Assembly (NCBI GenBank): GCA_018671515.1
Contig: JABHHN010000062.1
Location: 13,746-77,745 of the forward strand
Length of the DNA: 64,000 bases
Reading direction: 5' to 3'
Source of the DNA: an archaeon
Lineage (GTDB): Archaea > Nanobdellota > Nanobdellia > Woesearchaeales > GW2011-AR15
Shown: in pieces, positions 8,499-17,591 of the stretch
Layout of the letters: every line of letters begins with the position of its first letter
Position numbering within the stretch: position 1 is the stretch's first letter
Notes under the pieces: model-generated
Database searches by the model: none
What the model saw: the letters and a program-made list of their open reading frames with translations, nothing else
What the model was told of the DNA's origin: nothing
Position numbers and translations under genes: made by a program

Positions 8499-11400
8499 TT
8501 ATGGTGTATTCAAACAAGCACATACGTCATTATTTTTTTGATTGCAAACACTATCTGATATTGATGTACATACACCTTGTCCAGTACATATTGAACCAAA
8601 CTGTTTTTCACATTTCCTTTTGCAATAACAATCGGCTCCATTATCACCACATATTGTTTCAGTTTTAACATCAATACATAAAGTTTCTTCTTCATTTATA
8701 TCAGGACATGGTTTTGAATTATCACAAGAATATGAACATAAAGGATTAAGCCAAAAATGACCACCTTGCTTTAAGCATTCAAAATTTTCTCCACAAAAAT
8801 CATTACCTAAATTTTTACAATTTTTATCAAAATTAGGATTACTAATCCCATTTTCTACAATATCTTCTGGTGTTCCCCAATTTGTTCCAACACCATAATC
8901 ACAATTCTCTTTAAAATCTTCATACTCTCCTTTTTCTGTACCACATTGCACATAATATCCATTTTCTGGAGTTGAAATTAATGCTTTTCCAAAAGTACAA
9001 CTACCACTACTTATTTTTGATATAGCACACCAATCTGTACTTTCTGCATCTGGATCTGATGATTCAAGAGCATAAAATAAATCAGCTTTACAATAACACA
9101 TATTATCATTTACTTCTTCTACTGCTTCACAGACATTCATATCACATTTAGCATTATAATTTTCTCTATTTATTGTTTCTACTGCTTCCCCAATGTCTGC
9201 TAACTTTTCAACTAAAGCATGCCAAGCATCTTGTAAAACTCCACCAGTACCAGCAGCTGTTGATACATCATATTCATCAATATGTTTTTTTCCTTCATCA
9301 TCATCATCACCAAATGTAATAATTCCGCAATTTGCATCTTTAGCATCTTCAACTTGTGGACATTGACCTAATCCAATACCTCCACAAAAACAATATCCTT
9401 TATCTCCACCTTCTTCGCCACCATCTGGAATTTCGCCACCATCATCTGGAGTTTCTCCACCTTCTGGTTCTTCTTCTGGTGTTTCAGGTTCCTCTTCAGG
9501 ATCATCATCACATTCAATACCACATTTCTCTTCCATCTCATCAGTACATGCAGCTTCAATATTTTCCTCACTGCATATATCTTCATATTCACCATGACAT
9601 GTATCTTCATCATATCCTTCTATAGATGAATATCCCCATTCTGAATCATCATTTTCACAAATTAAGCAAATCCCACCAAACCAAAACAAATTGTTCTCAT
9701 CTATTTCTCCTTCTTCTTCACATACTTCATATTTTCCTTCACAAGTCTCAAATATTATTCCTTCTTCTCCAGGTTCTGTTAAATCAAGGCTTAAATACTT
9801 GAAAATATCATCATCTTCATTTTCAGTTATTGCTCCTTGTATCTGAGTACATCTTTTACATATTCCTTCGCCATAATCTTTTAAATCACCTAATTCATCA
9901 TTATCACATTCTTCATCAACCAATGCAACACAGCCTTCCTCAGTTTCTATTTCTGAATTAAGTAACCATGAATAATCTTCTACTTCTGCTACAGATTTTA
10001 CTTGACATATCCAACAACCATTTGGAAGTGGAGTTTCATCATCATCATCAAAAATAATATTATCAACATTTTGCTTATTGCAAACTTGTTCAGGAAATAT
10101 TTTTTCACAACACACAGAACTTACTCCACAATACATTTCAGGTAATGAAATTCCTTGCTCCAAAATACAAAGATCATCAGACTCCACACCATCTGTATTT
10201 TCCATACAAAACCTATCATCATTGTCTTCTCCTTCAACAACACAATCTTCTGGTATTGTAAGTTGATCGTCATCAGGAGGAACTAATATATTTGGACCAG
10301 GTACACATTTTAATTCTGATTCTTCTGGATTAAAATCTTCAAGCACACCTGCATTACAAAAATGTTTAGGTGGTTCTAATGTTGTTGGATTATTGCAATA
10401 ATACCAATCACCTTCTGATATGCTACACTCAAAGGTTAAACAAGCATCTCCAAACATTGGCTCTACATTACCTTCATTACAATAATAACAAAGACCATAT
10501 TTCCCATTTCCTTCATCAAAATAACTTTCATCAAAATAAGTCATACCTGTTTTAATATCCAAATCTGCTACTATTTCTTCTCTTGTATCTTCATTTACAA
10601 CAGTATATGTACCAATACAATCAGTTATACTTGGTTTTGCTCTACAGCTAATTGTATTTTCAGGTGGAGTTTCTAAAAATTCACCATTACAACAATACAT
10701 GAATTCATTATTAGCAGTAGGAACATAAACATTGTTTTCACCATTTGTATTTTCATCTGACCCTAATTTTAAACAAGTACAATCTTTGTCAGACTCAGAG
10801 ACAATATCTGGGCATGTTTTTGTGCCCAATTGACAGGATCCACCATTAGGACTTAATGTACCAGTCATTGTTCCATCATCATATATTATTTCACTACATT
10901 CCAATAACGCATTTTCAACTATTGTTTTATCCACTTCATCTAATAATATAATTCTTGATCTTAAATCTTCAAAATCACATAATGTAATTTCATTTGGTTC
11001 ATTATAATGTCTATTTGAAAATAATCTTGAAAGGAACAATGTTTTTTGTTCTTCGTCAACTGTACCATCAACTTCTGGAAATTCTTGATTAATTACATCA
11101 ATAAAAGTTCCAAGACATAATTCTTCACCAATAATTTCTGAATCTTCATCTATAATTGCTGAATCTTCATCTATAATTTCAGAATTTAGACAATCTCTTA
11201 GATATTCAATTCTTCCCTCTAATGTTGTTGAACATTCATCAATTCCAACAATTCCTTTTCCTGCAATCCTCAATACAAAATTGGTCCACAATGTTGTATC
11301 ATAAATTCCATTTCTTGGATAATTTACTGAATTAACATATATTTTGTTTTCACCAGAAAGTACTTCACTGCTCCCATCACCCAATCTTAATGGTCCTGTA

Positions 11401-13628
11401 ATTCCAAATGTTTCAGGATTTAATCTAATATATGAAATATCAGAAGATGTTGCTCCTACTTGTAAATTCTCTTCAGATGTATCAGTTTCAAAAAAAGCAT
11501 ATCTTTCTCCTGCCACATCTTCTTTTGAATAATAAGTATCATCGGGTAAAAATTCATCATTATCAATTACTACTGTTTCGACATATTTTTGATTATCATG
11601 TATAAAATAATTGTTTTCTCCAAAATCCCCACCAGGTAAAAATTCAAATGGATTTGAACTATATAATGCACTCAATATAATAGCTCTAGAATTGATTCTA
11701 AAATCATCCAACCAAATTATTCTTTCATCATCACCTTCATTGATAATCATAGGTTCATCAGCTGGTTTAAGTGAACAAGCATTACCAAATGTTAAAAGTT
11801 CAAAACTCAATTCACCTTCAAAACTTACAGAATCAATCTGATTTGGTTGATAAAATTTATCAAGACCTGATATTTTTTCTTTATTTGCATCAATATATCC
11901 ATAAGTCATAGGAGTTGCATAAAATGGTGCATTGATTCCATTATTAGGATATCCTAAAGACTCTCCAAAATAGTAAGGATATTCAATTGAAACTCCTCTT
12001 TTATTTTGTAAGTTATTATAATTTAATATAGGTGTAGCTGAAAGAATTGTAGAACCAATATGTAAATCACAAGTATTTGCATTATTACAAACACATTGTG
12101 CTCTATCATTAATTCCATCTCCACTAATATATTTTTCAACAAAAGAAATAAATTTTTCTTCATCAGTTTCTCCATTTAATGCAATATTAATATCTTCACT
12201 TGTAAAATATTCAAATAAATCTCTTTTTGCCATTTCAGAACAAGTATCATAACATAATTCATCATCTACATTTCCTGATGTTAAACCACAACCTTCGACT
12301 GCTTTTATTCGTTGACTGGGTAAATCTTCTGCACTTTTTACAGGAATCCAATCATCCTGATCCCAATCATTTAGCAACAATCCTTTATTTTCACAAAGAT
12401 GATCTCTAAAATCATTATTTTTCTCATAATTTGAAGGAATTGGATATTTTTCAATACTATATATAATATCATCATCAAATGTACAAGTCGCTTCACCCAT
12501 ATATTCTGGATATAAATGAAGACCGTTTCTTGTTGTTGGCAATTGAATATGTGTACACTTCTCTTTTTTATCCAATGCTTTATTTTCATTCCATTCTTTA
12601 AATTCAACAATACTACAATATTCTATAAGTCCATCTAAATTCTCAACCCATCTATTCCTATCACTTGGCTCAATTAGATTTATGAATTTATTAAGAACTG
12701 GTAAATTGTAATATCCTGTTTCTTGTGAACCACAATCTACAACAGCTACTTCTGTAAAATGATCTACTAATGCAACTACTTGATAATATGTATTTCCATC
12801 ATATGTAACTTTTTCTACTTTCTGTGTTTCATATGTTCTCCAAAGTCCTGTTCTTCTATCCCACCACCCTAATTTTAGTTCTTCTGGTGGATAACCTTTT
12901 GGTATTTTTTCTTCCAAAACATCTACAGTAAATTTAATTGGTGGATCAAAGATTGCACCATCAGGTGTTCCTTCATATACTACTGAACCAATTACAACTT
13001 TATTATCAAGACCATCAAAATTATTATCTAAAACTGAAATTGCAACTTTATCAATTGACGCACCACCATAATCTTTAACTGTAGTATCTTCACTAAAAAA
13101 TAATGTTGACCTACCATCACTTGATTTTAAGAATGTATTTTTTTTTATAAGACCATTTTCAGTCCTTATCTCAATTGAAACTGGAATCCTAAATTGAAAT
13201 TCATTTAGTTCTAAAATCTCTTCACTTTTACTAAGTTTTATTGGATAACTAATTTTTACAAATATAGAATCAGGAGAAATTTCTACATCTGCGTCAACAT
13301 CTCCCTCTTCAACCTTATACCCTGAATCTTTAAACAATCCATACTCTCCCGTACATTCTTTTAAATTATTTTCAATCCATGCTTCATAAATATTTTCAGT
13401 ATTATAAAGACCATATAATTCCTTTGCAAAAAGTGTATTTTGCTTAAGGCATTCTGTCACATAGAAATTAAGACTATCTTTAGCAAATGGAAATTGTCTG
13501 ACATCATCTGAATCCCTTTGAAGACCTGATTTTAAAAAAATGTCTTTAAAATAAAATGACATAATTACTGATATAACAATTATTAATCCAATTATTACAA
13601 ACTTTGTTACTTGAGATTTCTTTTTCAA
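8499..13628 (-). CDS. Giant (1709 aa) cysteine-rich extracellular surface protein, N-terminally membrane-anchored
   Basis: Single uninterrupted ORF. N-terminal anchor KFVIIGLIIVISVIMSFYF. More than 100 Cys in the C-terminal two thirds, as clustered CxxC/CC motifs. Acidic linker DDDPEEEPETPEEEPEGGETPDDGGEIPDGGEEGG. Internal 27-bp tandem repeat encoding IIDEDSAIIDEDSEII. Confidence 0.6.
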   Translation of the reverse strand: MKKKSQVTKFVIIGLIIVISVIMSFYFKDIFLKSGLQRDSDDVRQFPFAKDSLNFYVTECLKQNTLFAKELYGLYNTENIYEAWIENNLKECTGEYGLFKDSGYKVEEGDVDADVEISPDSIFVKISYPIKLSKSEEILELNEFQFRIPVSIEIRTENGLIKKNTFLKSSDGRSTLFFSEDTTVKDYGGASIDKVAISVLDNNFDGLDNKVVIGSVVYEGTPDGAIFDPPIKFTVDVLEEKIPKGYPPEELKLGWWDRRTGLWRTYETQKVEKVTYDGNTYYQVVALVDHFTEVAVVDCGSQETGYYNLPVLNKFINLIEPSDRNRWVENLDGLIEYCSIVEFKEWNENKALDKKEKCTHIQLPTTRNGLHLYPEYMGEATCTFDDDIIYSIEKYPIPSNYEKNNDFRDHLCENKGLLLNDWDQDDWIPVKSAEDLPSQRIKAVEGCGLTSGNVDDELCYDTCSEMAKRDLFEYFTSEDINIALNGETDEEKFISFVEKYISGDGINDRAQCVCNNANTCDLHIGSTILSATPILNYNNLQNKRGVSIEYPYYFGESLGYPNNGINAPFYATPMTYGYIDANKEKISGLDKFYQPNQIDSVSFEGELSFELLTFGNACSLKPADEPMIINEGDDERIIWLDDFRINSRAIILSALYSSNPFEFLPGGDFGENNYFIHDNQKYVETVVIDNDEFLPDDTYYSKEDVAGERYAFFETDTSEENLQVGATSSDISYIRLNPETFGITGPLRLGDGSSEVLSGENKIYVNSVNYPRNGIYDTTLWTNFVLRIAGKGIVGIDECSTTLEGRIEYLRDCLNSEIIDEDSAIIDEDSEIIGEELCLGTFIDVINQEFPEVDGTVDEEQKTLFLSRLFSNRHYNEPNEITLCDFEDLRSRIILLDEVDKTIVENALLECSEIIYDDGTMTGTLSPNGGSCQLGTKTCPDIVSESDKDCTCLKLGSDENTNGENNVYVPTANNEFMYCCNGEFLETPPENTISCRAKPSITDCIGTYTVVNEDTREEIVADLDIKTGMTYFDESYFDEGNGKYGLCYYCNEGNVEPMFGDACLTFECSISEGDWYYCNNPTTLEPPKHFCNAGVLEDFNPEESELKCVPGPNILVPPDDDQLTIPEDCVVEGEDNDDRFCMENTDGVESDDLCILEQGISLPEMYCGVSSVCCEKIFPEQVCNKQNVDNIIFDDDDETPLPNGCWICQVKSVAEVEDYSWLLNSEIETEEGCVALVDEECDNDELGDLKDYGEGICKRCTQIQGAITENEDDDIFKYLSLDLTEPGEEGIIFETCEGKYEVCEEEGEIDENNLFWFGGICLICENDDSEWGYSSIEGYDEDTCHGEYEDICSEENIEAACTDEMEEKCGIECDDDPEEEPETPEEEPEGGETPDDGGEIPDGGEEGGDKGYCFCGGIGLGQCPQVEDAKDANCGIITFGDDDDEGKKHIDEYDVSTAAGTGGVLQDAWHALVEKLADIGEAVETINRENYNAKCDMNVCEAVEEVNDNMCYCKADLFYALESSDPDAESTDWCAISKISSGSCTFGKALISTPENGYYVQCGTEKGEYEDFKENCDYGVGTNWGTPEDIVENGISNPNFDKNCKNLGNDFCGENFECLKQGGHFWLNPLCSYSCDNSKPCPDINEEETLCIDVKTETICGDNGADCYCKRKCEKQFGSICTGQGVCTSISDSVCNQKNNDVCACLNTP

Positions 13629-13730
13629 AATATTATAGTTTAAAGAAGCCAGATTATATAAATCTTACCTTATTTTTTAAAAATTAAAAACTCTAATTTT
13701 TATTAGAAAACTATATAAATTGGAAAACAA

Positions 13731-14381
13731 ATGAATAAATTTATGCTTAAAAAAATAATTTTTATCATTTCAATGATGTTAATAATTTCTGCGTGTGAAA
13801 CTGTGGCACCACAAAATGAAATAAATGAAACAGAAGAAATACAAGATGAAGAATTTAAATTAGTACTTCCAAATAAATTACGGCAATGGGCAATATCCGC
13901 AACTGCTAGTTCTGCATATGGAAGCATTCATGCTGATGGAGATTGGACACCAAGTTCTTTGATTGGTGAACCAGATGTAATAAAATGTGAAGATGATCCT
14001 AAAGCTTGGGTATCTGCACAAGAAGATGATGATCTTCAATGGATTGAACTTATATACGACAAAAATGTTTATGTGACTGATATAAGAATAAGAGAAACAC
14101 TTGGTCCAGGAGCAGTTGTAATGATTGAGGCAAAATCTGATGATGGATATAAAACAATATTTGAAGGTACTGATAATAATGAAGAATGTCTTGATTTTTT
14201 TGAATTTACTTATAATGATGGTGAATTAAATAAAACTGATTTCATGACAGACACAATAAAAATTACACTTGATACAAATGTTGCAGATTGGAATGAAATT
14301 GATGCAGTTGAACTAATTGGATATCAAAGAAATTGGCACATTGAACCAGATGGTAATTTTACAAAAGTTGTGCTTGAATAG
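13731..14381 (+). CDS. Hypothetical secreted lipoprotein (possible beta-sandwich carbohydrate-binding-like domain)
   Basis: Signal peptide with lipobox-like ISAC. Acidic extracellular domain. The W...IHADGDW...QWIELIYDKNVYVTDIRI pattern is weakly discoidin/galactose-binding-like. Confidence 0.45.
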   Translation: MNKFMLKKIIFIISMMLIISACETVAPQNEINETEEIQDEEFKLVLPNKLRQWAISATASSAYGSIHADGDWTPSSLIGEPDVIKCEDDPKAWVSAQEDDDLQWIELIYDKNVYVTDIRIRETLGPGAVVMIEAKSDDGYKTIFEGTDNNEECLDFFEFTYNDGELNKTDFMTDTIKITLDTNVADWNEIDAVELIGYQRNWHIEPDGNFTKVVLE

Positions 14382-14463
14382 GATTTAATTTTATTTAGAT
14401 ATGTTTTCTTTTTTAGTTTTTTATAATATTTTTTTATTGAATCACTATAATTTTCCATAGTAA

Positions 14464-14545
14464 GAGGCATAAAATGCCTCCTACAAAGTTGCACGTGCTT
14501 TTTCATTGTGCAACAACTTAGGAAGTCTTAAGACTTCCTTATGTG
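14464..14545 (+). repeat. Intergenic triple-hairpin element, copy X (family 2)
   Basis: Three hairpins: gaggcat-aaa-atgcctc; agttgcac-(13 nt)-gtgcaact; ggaagtc-tta-gacttcc. The core acaacttaggaagNC..GNcttccttatg is shared with the reverse complement of 19163..19235. Confidence 0.45.
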
Positions 14546-14670
14546 TTTAAATTAATAATACAAAAAAACAAAAATCTAAATTAATCTAAAAACTAACTTT
14601 TAAAAAATTTTAAATCTAATACCTCATCTTTTCGAAAGACTTTTAAAAAGATAAAATAAGAAATTATTCT

Positions 14671-16656
14671 ATGAAAAAAATTATATCAATATTTATATTC
14701 TTAATTTTAATAATAAATGTATATGCTGAAGTTGACAAAGATATTTTTTATTTTGATGAAATAGATCTTGATATAGAATTAAAATCAAGTGTTTTTTTAG
14801 TTCCTAAATCAGATGATCATGAAACAGAATATGTTTCAATAAATCTTAAATTCCTTCCAACTACAGATTCCAGACAAAATGTTATTTCAATAGAAACAAA
14901 TCCTAAAGCAGACATAGATGAAAATGTAAATTTCTGGATTGATAATCCAGATATTGGTGAAATAGAATATTCTTTGACTTCAAATATTAAAACTCACAAT
15001 AGATTCAATAGAATAAAAAAACATGTTGATTTTCCTATAAAAAATCTTGACTCTAATCTACAAGAATATATTATGCCAACTAATAAAATTGATATTAATA
15101 AAAATATAATTAATCTTGCATCAACTTTAGCTGAAGGTGAAAATAATCTTTTCAAAGTTGTATTTAATATTGCTGATTGGACACAAGAAAATATAGAATA
15201 TAGTCTAGACACACTTACTGCAGAAGCATCTCAAAAATCAAGCTGGGTATTAGAAAATAGATATGGTGTATGTGATGAAATTACAAATTTATTTATTGCT
15301 CTTTCAAGATCTCTTGGAATTCCAGCAAGATTTATTTCTGGAATTTCATATACAAATTCAGAACAATTTGCAAACCCATGGGGATTACATGGATGGGCTG
15401 AAGTGTATTTTCCAGATGTAGGATGGGTACCATTTGATGTAACATATGGACAACTAGGTTATATTGATGCAGGACATATAAAATTAAAGGAATCTTTAGA
15501 TTCAGATAAGACAAGTACTAAATTTGAATGGCGTGGAAACAATGTTGATTTAACAACAGAAAGCCTTGAAGTTGATGTAACAATAAATGGAAAAGGAAAA
15601 AAAATAATTTCTCCAATAGATATCAATGTAATATCAAATTCTCCGAGTGTAGATTTTGGTTCATATAATTTAATAATTGCAGATATAACAAATATAAGAG
15701 ATTATTATGTAACAACTGAATTACATTTAAGCACATCAAAAGAAATTGAATTAATTGATTCAAATAAAAAACATGTATATCTAAAACCTAAAGAAAAAAA
15801 AAGATTTTTCTGGATAATCAAAATTCCAGATAGCCTTAAAAAAGACTTCATATATACATTTCCAATTGGTATTACTTCTTCATTTGATGAATCATATAGT
15901 ACATCATTTGAAGCAAAAAGAAATGAAGTTAAATATTCATTAGCTGATGTAGAATCAATTGTTTCTTTAGAAAAAGAAGCAGATAAAAAAGTATATTCCC
16001 GAAATATTGAACTTATGTGTCTAAATATCAATGATGCAATAACAGGTAAAAAAATAATCATTGAATGTGATTTAAAAAATCTAGGAAATGTTGTCTTACA
16101 TGACTTAAAAATATGTCTTGAAAATGATTGTGAGGAAAGAGATTTACATATATCTGAGAGTAAAAAAATTGAATTTACTAAAATATATGATGAAACAGGA
16201 GAAAAAGCAGTCACCATAACTGCAAAAAACACAGGTGTTACTGCATCATCATTTTTTAAGATTTTTGTAGTTGATGAACCAGTAATTGATATCATTGATA
16301 TGGTTTATCCTGAAAGTATAAAATATAAGGAAAAATTTGATGTTGAATTTACATTAATTCCTATGTCACTTACTGAACCAAAAAATGTAATATTGACTTT
16401 TACATTCAATGATGAATCTCAGCAATGGAAATTTGATAGTTTAGAAACAAAAAAACCAGTAAAAATTGAAATTGATAGTGCACTTCTAAAAGAAGGAGAA
16501 ACTGAATTTAAAATATATACTACTTACACAGATGGAGTAGATAAAAAATTCAATAAAGATGATAGTTTTACAATCTCAATGGATGATCTAACAGGATTGC
16601 AAAAGATTGAGAAATTCTTTGTTGATTTATTTAGAAAAATTAGGAATTTATTCTGA
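14671..16656 (+). CDS. Secreted transglutaminase-like cysteine protease superfamily protein
   Basis: Signal peptide MKKIISIFIFLILIINVYA. Transglutaminase core triad context YGVCDEITNLF ... HGWAEVYFPDVGWVPFDVT (Cys-His-Asp). Beta-rich flanking domains. Confidence 0.6.
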   Translation: MKKIISIFIFLILIINVYAEVDKDIFYFDEIDLDIELKSSVFLVPKSDDHETEYVSINLKFLPTTDSRQNVISIETNPKADIDENVNFWIDNPDIGEIEYSLTSNIKTHNRFNRIKKHVDFPIKNLDSNLQEYIMPTNKIDINKNIINLASTLAEGENNLFKVVFNIADWTQENIEYSLDTLTAEASQKSSWVLENRYGVCDEITNLFIALSRSLGIPARFISGISYTNSEQFANPWGLHGWAEVYFPDVGWVPFDVTYGQLGYIDAGHIKLKESLDSDKTSTKFEWRGNNVDLTTESLEVDVTINGKGKKIISPIDINVISNSPSVDFGSYNLIIADITNIRDYYVTTELHLSTSKEIELIDSNKKHVYLKPKEKKRFFWIIKIPDSLKKDFIYTFPIGITSSFDESYSTSFEAKRNEVKYSLADVESIVSLEKEADKKVYSRNIELMCLNINDAITGKKIIIECDLKNLGNVVLHDLKICLENDCEERDLHISESKKIEFTKIYDETGEKAVTITAKNTGVTASSFFKIFVVDEPVIDIIDMVYPESIKYKEKFDVEFTLIPMSLTEPKNVILTFTFNDESQQWKFDSLETKKPVKIEIDSALLKEGETEFKIYTTYTDGVDKKFNKDDSFTISMDDLTGLQKIEKFFVDLFRKIRNLF

Positions 16657-16675
16657 ATATTGTTTTTTTGACGTT

Positions 16676-16684
16676 AGATTTATA
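16676..16684 (+). promoter_or_regulatory. Candidate archaeal TATA box (TTTATAAAT) for the tRNA gene
   Basis: AT-rich TATA-like octamer centred ~30 nt upstream of the tRNA 5' end. A T-run (tattttt) lies immediately 3' of the tRNA. Confidence 0.3.
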
Positions 16685-16712
16685 AATGATTTATTTATTC
16701 ACTTTAATAGAC

Positions 16713-16829
16713 GCGCCGGTGGTCTAATGGCTATGATTTTGGCCTTCCACACGTTAAAATCGAAGATTCACTGGATCTTCAACTACGTGAAGATAGCCGA
16801 CGATCTGGGTTCAAATCCCGGCCGGCGCA
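16713..16829 (+). tRNA. tRNA-Gly (anticodon UCC) with a 45-nt intron at the canonical 37/38 position
   Basis: Acceptor stem GCGCCGG/CCGGCGC, discriminator A. T-arm CTGGG-TTCAAAT-CCCGG. D-loop with GG. Anticodon stem TTGGC/GCCGA with loop CUUCCA|A. Exon 1 is 16713..16749, intron 16750..16794, exon 2 16795..16829. Mature length 72 nt. The intron 5' CACG can pair with CGTG near its 3' end (BHB-like). No encoded CCA. Confidence 0.75.
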
Positions 16830-16928
16830 TATTTTTATATAAAAATTCAACAAATACATTATTTAAAATATTTTACAACTATTTCTTAACACAATAAATA
16901 TATACTAAATCAAATTAATAACAAACTA

Positions 16929-17591
16929 ATGGAGAAAAAAACAAATAATAAATCAATTATGTGTATATGTGCACATAATGATGACCAAGTAATTGGAGCT
17001 GGTGGAGCTCTTGCTAAGTATGCAAAAGAAGGATATAAAATAATTACAATAATTATGAGTTTTGGAGAACTAGGAATTGTACATTTTAAAGAAGAAGAAG
17101 CAAGAAAAATAAGAGTAAAAGAATCAAGAAGAGCAGATAAAATCCTAGGTTTTGAAAGAACTCATTATCTTGGATTAACAGAAGGAAAATTTGCAGAAGA
17201 AATAAAAATAAAAAATATCAAAGAAAAAATAATAAATATCATAAAAAAAGAAAAACCAATAAAAATATTCACACATGCAACTGATGATCCACATCCTGAT
17301 CATAGAGATGTAAATAAATTTGTTCTTGATATTGCTAATCAAATTGATTATAAAGGAGAAATATATAGTTATAATATATGGAATTTTTTTATAAATTTTA
17401 AAAATAGATATAATCCTAAAATGGTTGTCGACATAACCGACACATTCAAATTAAAAGCAAGTGCTTTTGATGCACATAAAAGTCAATGGCATGCAAGATG
17501 GTCACTAACCTGGAATGTATATTTTCAAGCTATTTATTACGGATTAAAATATAAAAAAAAATATGCCGAAGTTTTTTATAAATTAAGATGA
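16929..17591 (+). CDS. PIG-L/LmbE family N-acetylglucosaminyl deacetylase
   Basis: The CAHNDDQVIGAGG (AHPDDE-like) and DDPHPDHRD motifs are diagnostic of the PIG-L/LmbE zinc deacetylases. Confidence 0.7.
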   Translation: MEKKTNNKSIMCICAHNDDQVIGAGGALAKYAKEGYKIITIIMSFGELGIVHFKEEEARKIRVKESRRADKILGFERTHYLGLTEGKFAEEIKIKNIKEKIINIIKKEKPIKIFTHATDDPHPDHRDVNKFVLDIANQIDYKGEIYSYNIWNFFINFKNRYNPKMVVDITDTFKLKASAFDAHKSQWHARWSLTWNVYFQAIYYGLKYKKKYAEVFYKLR

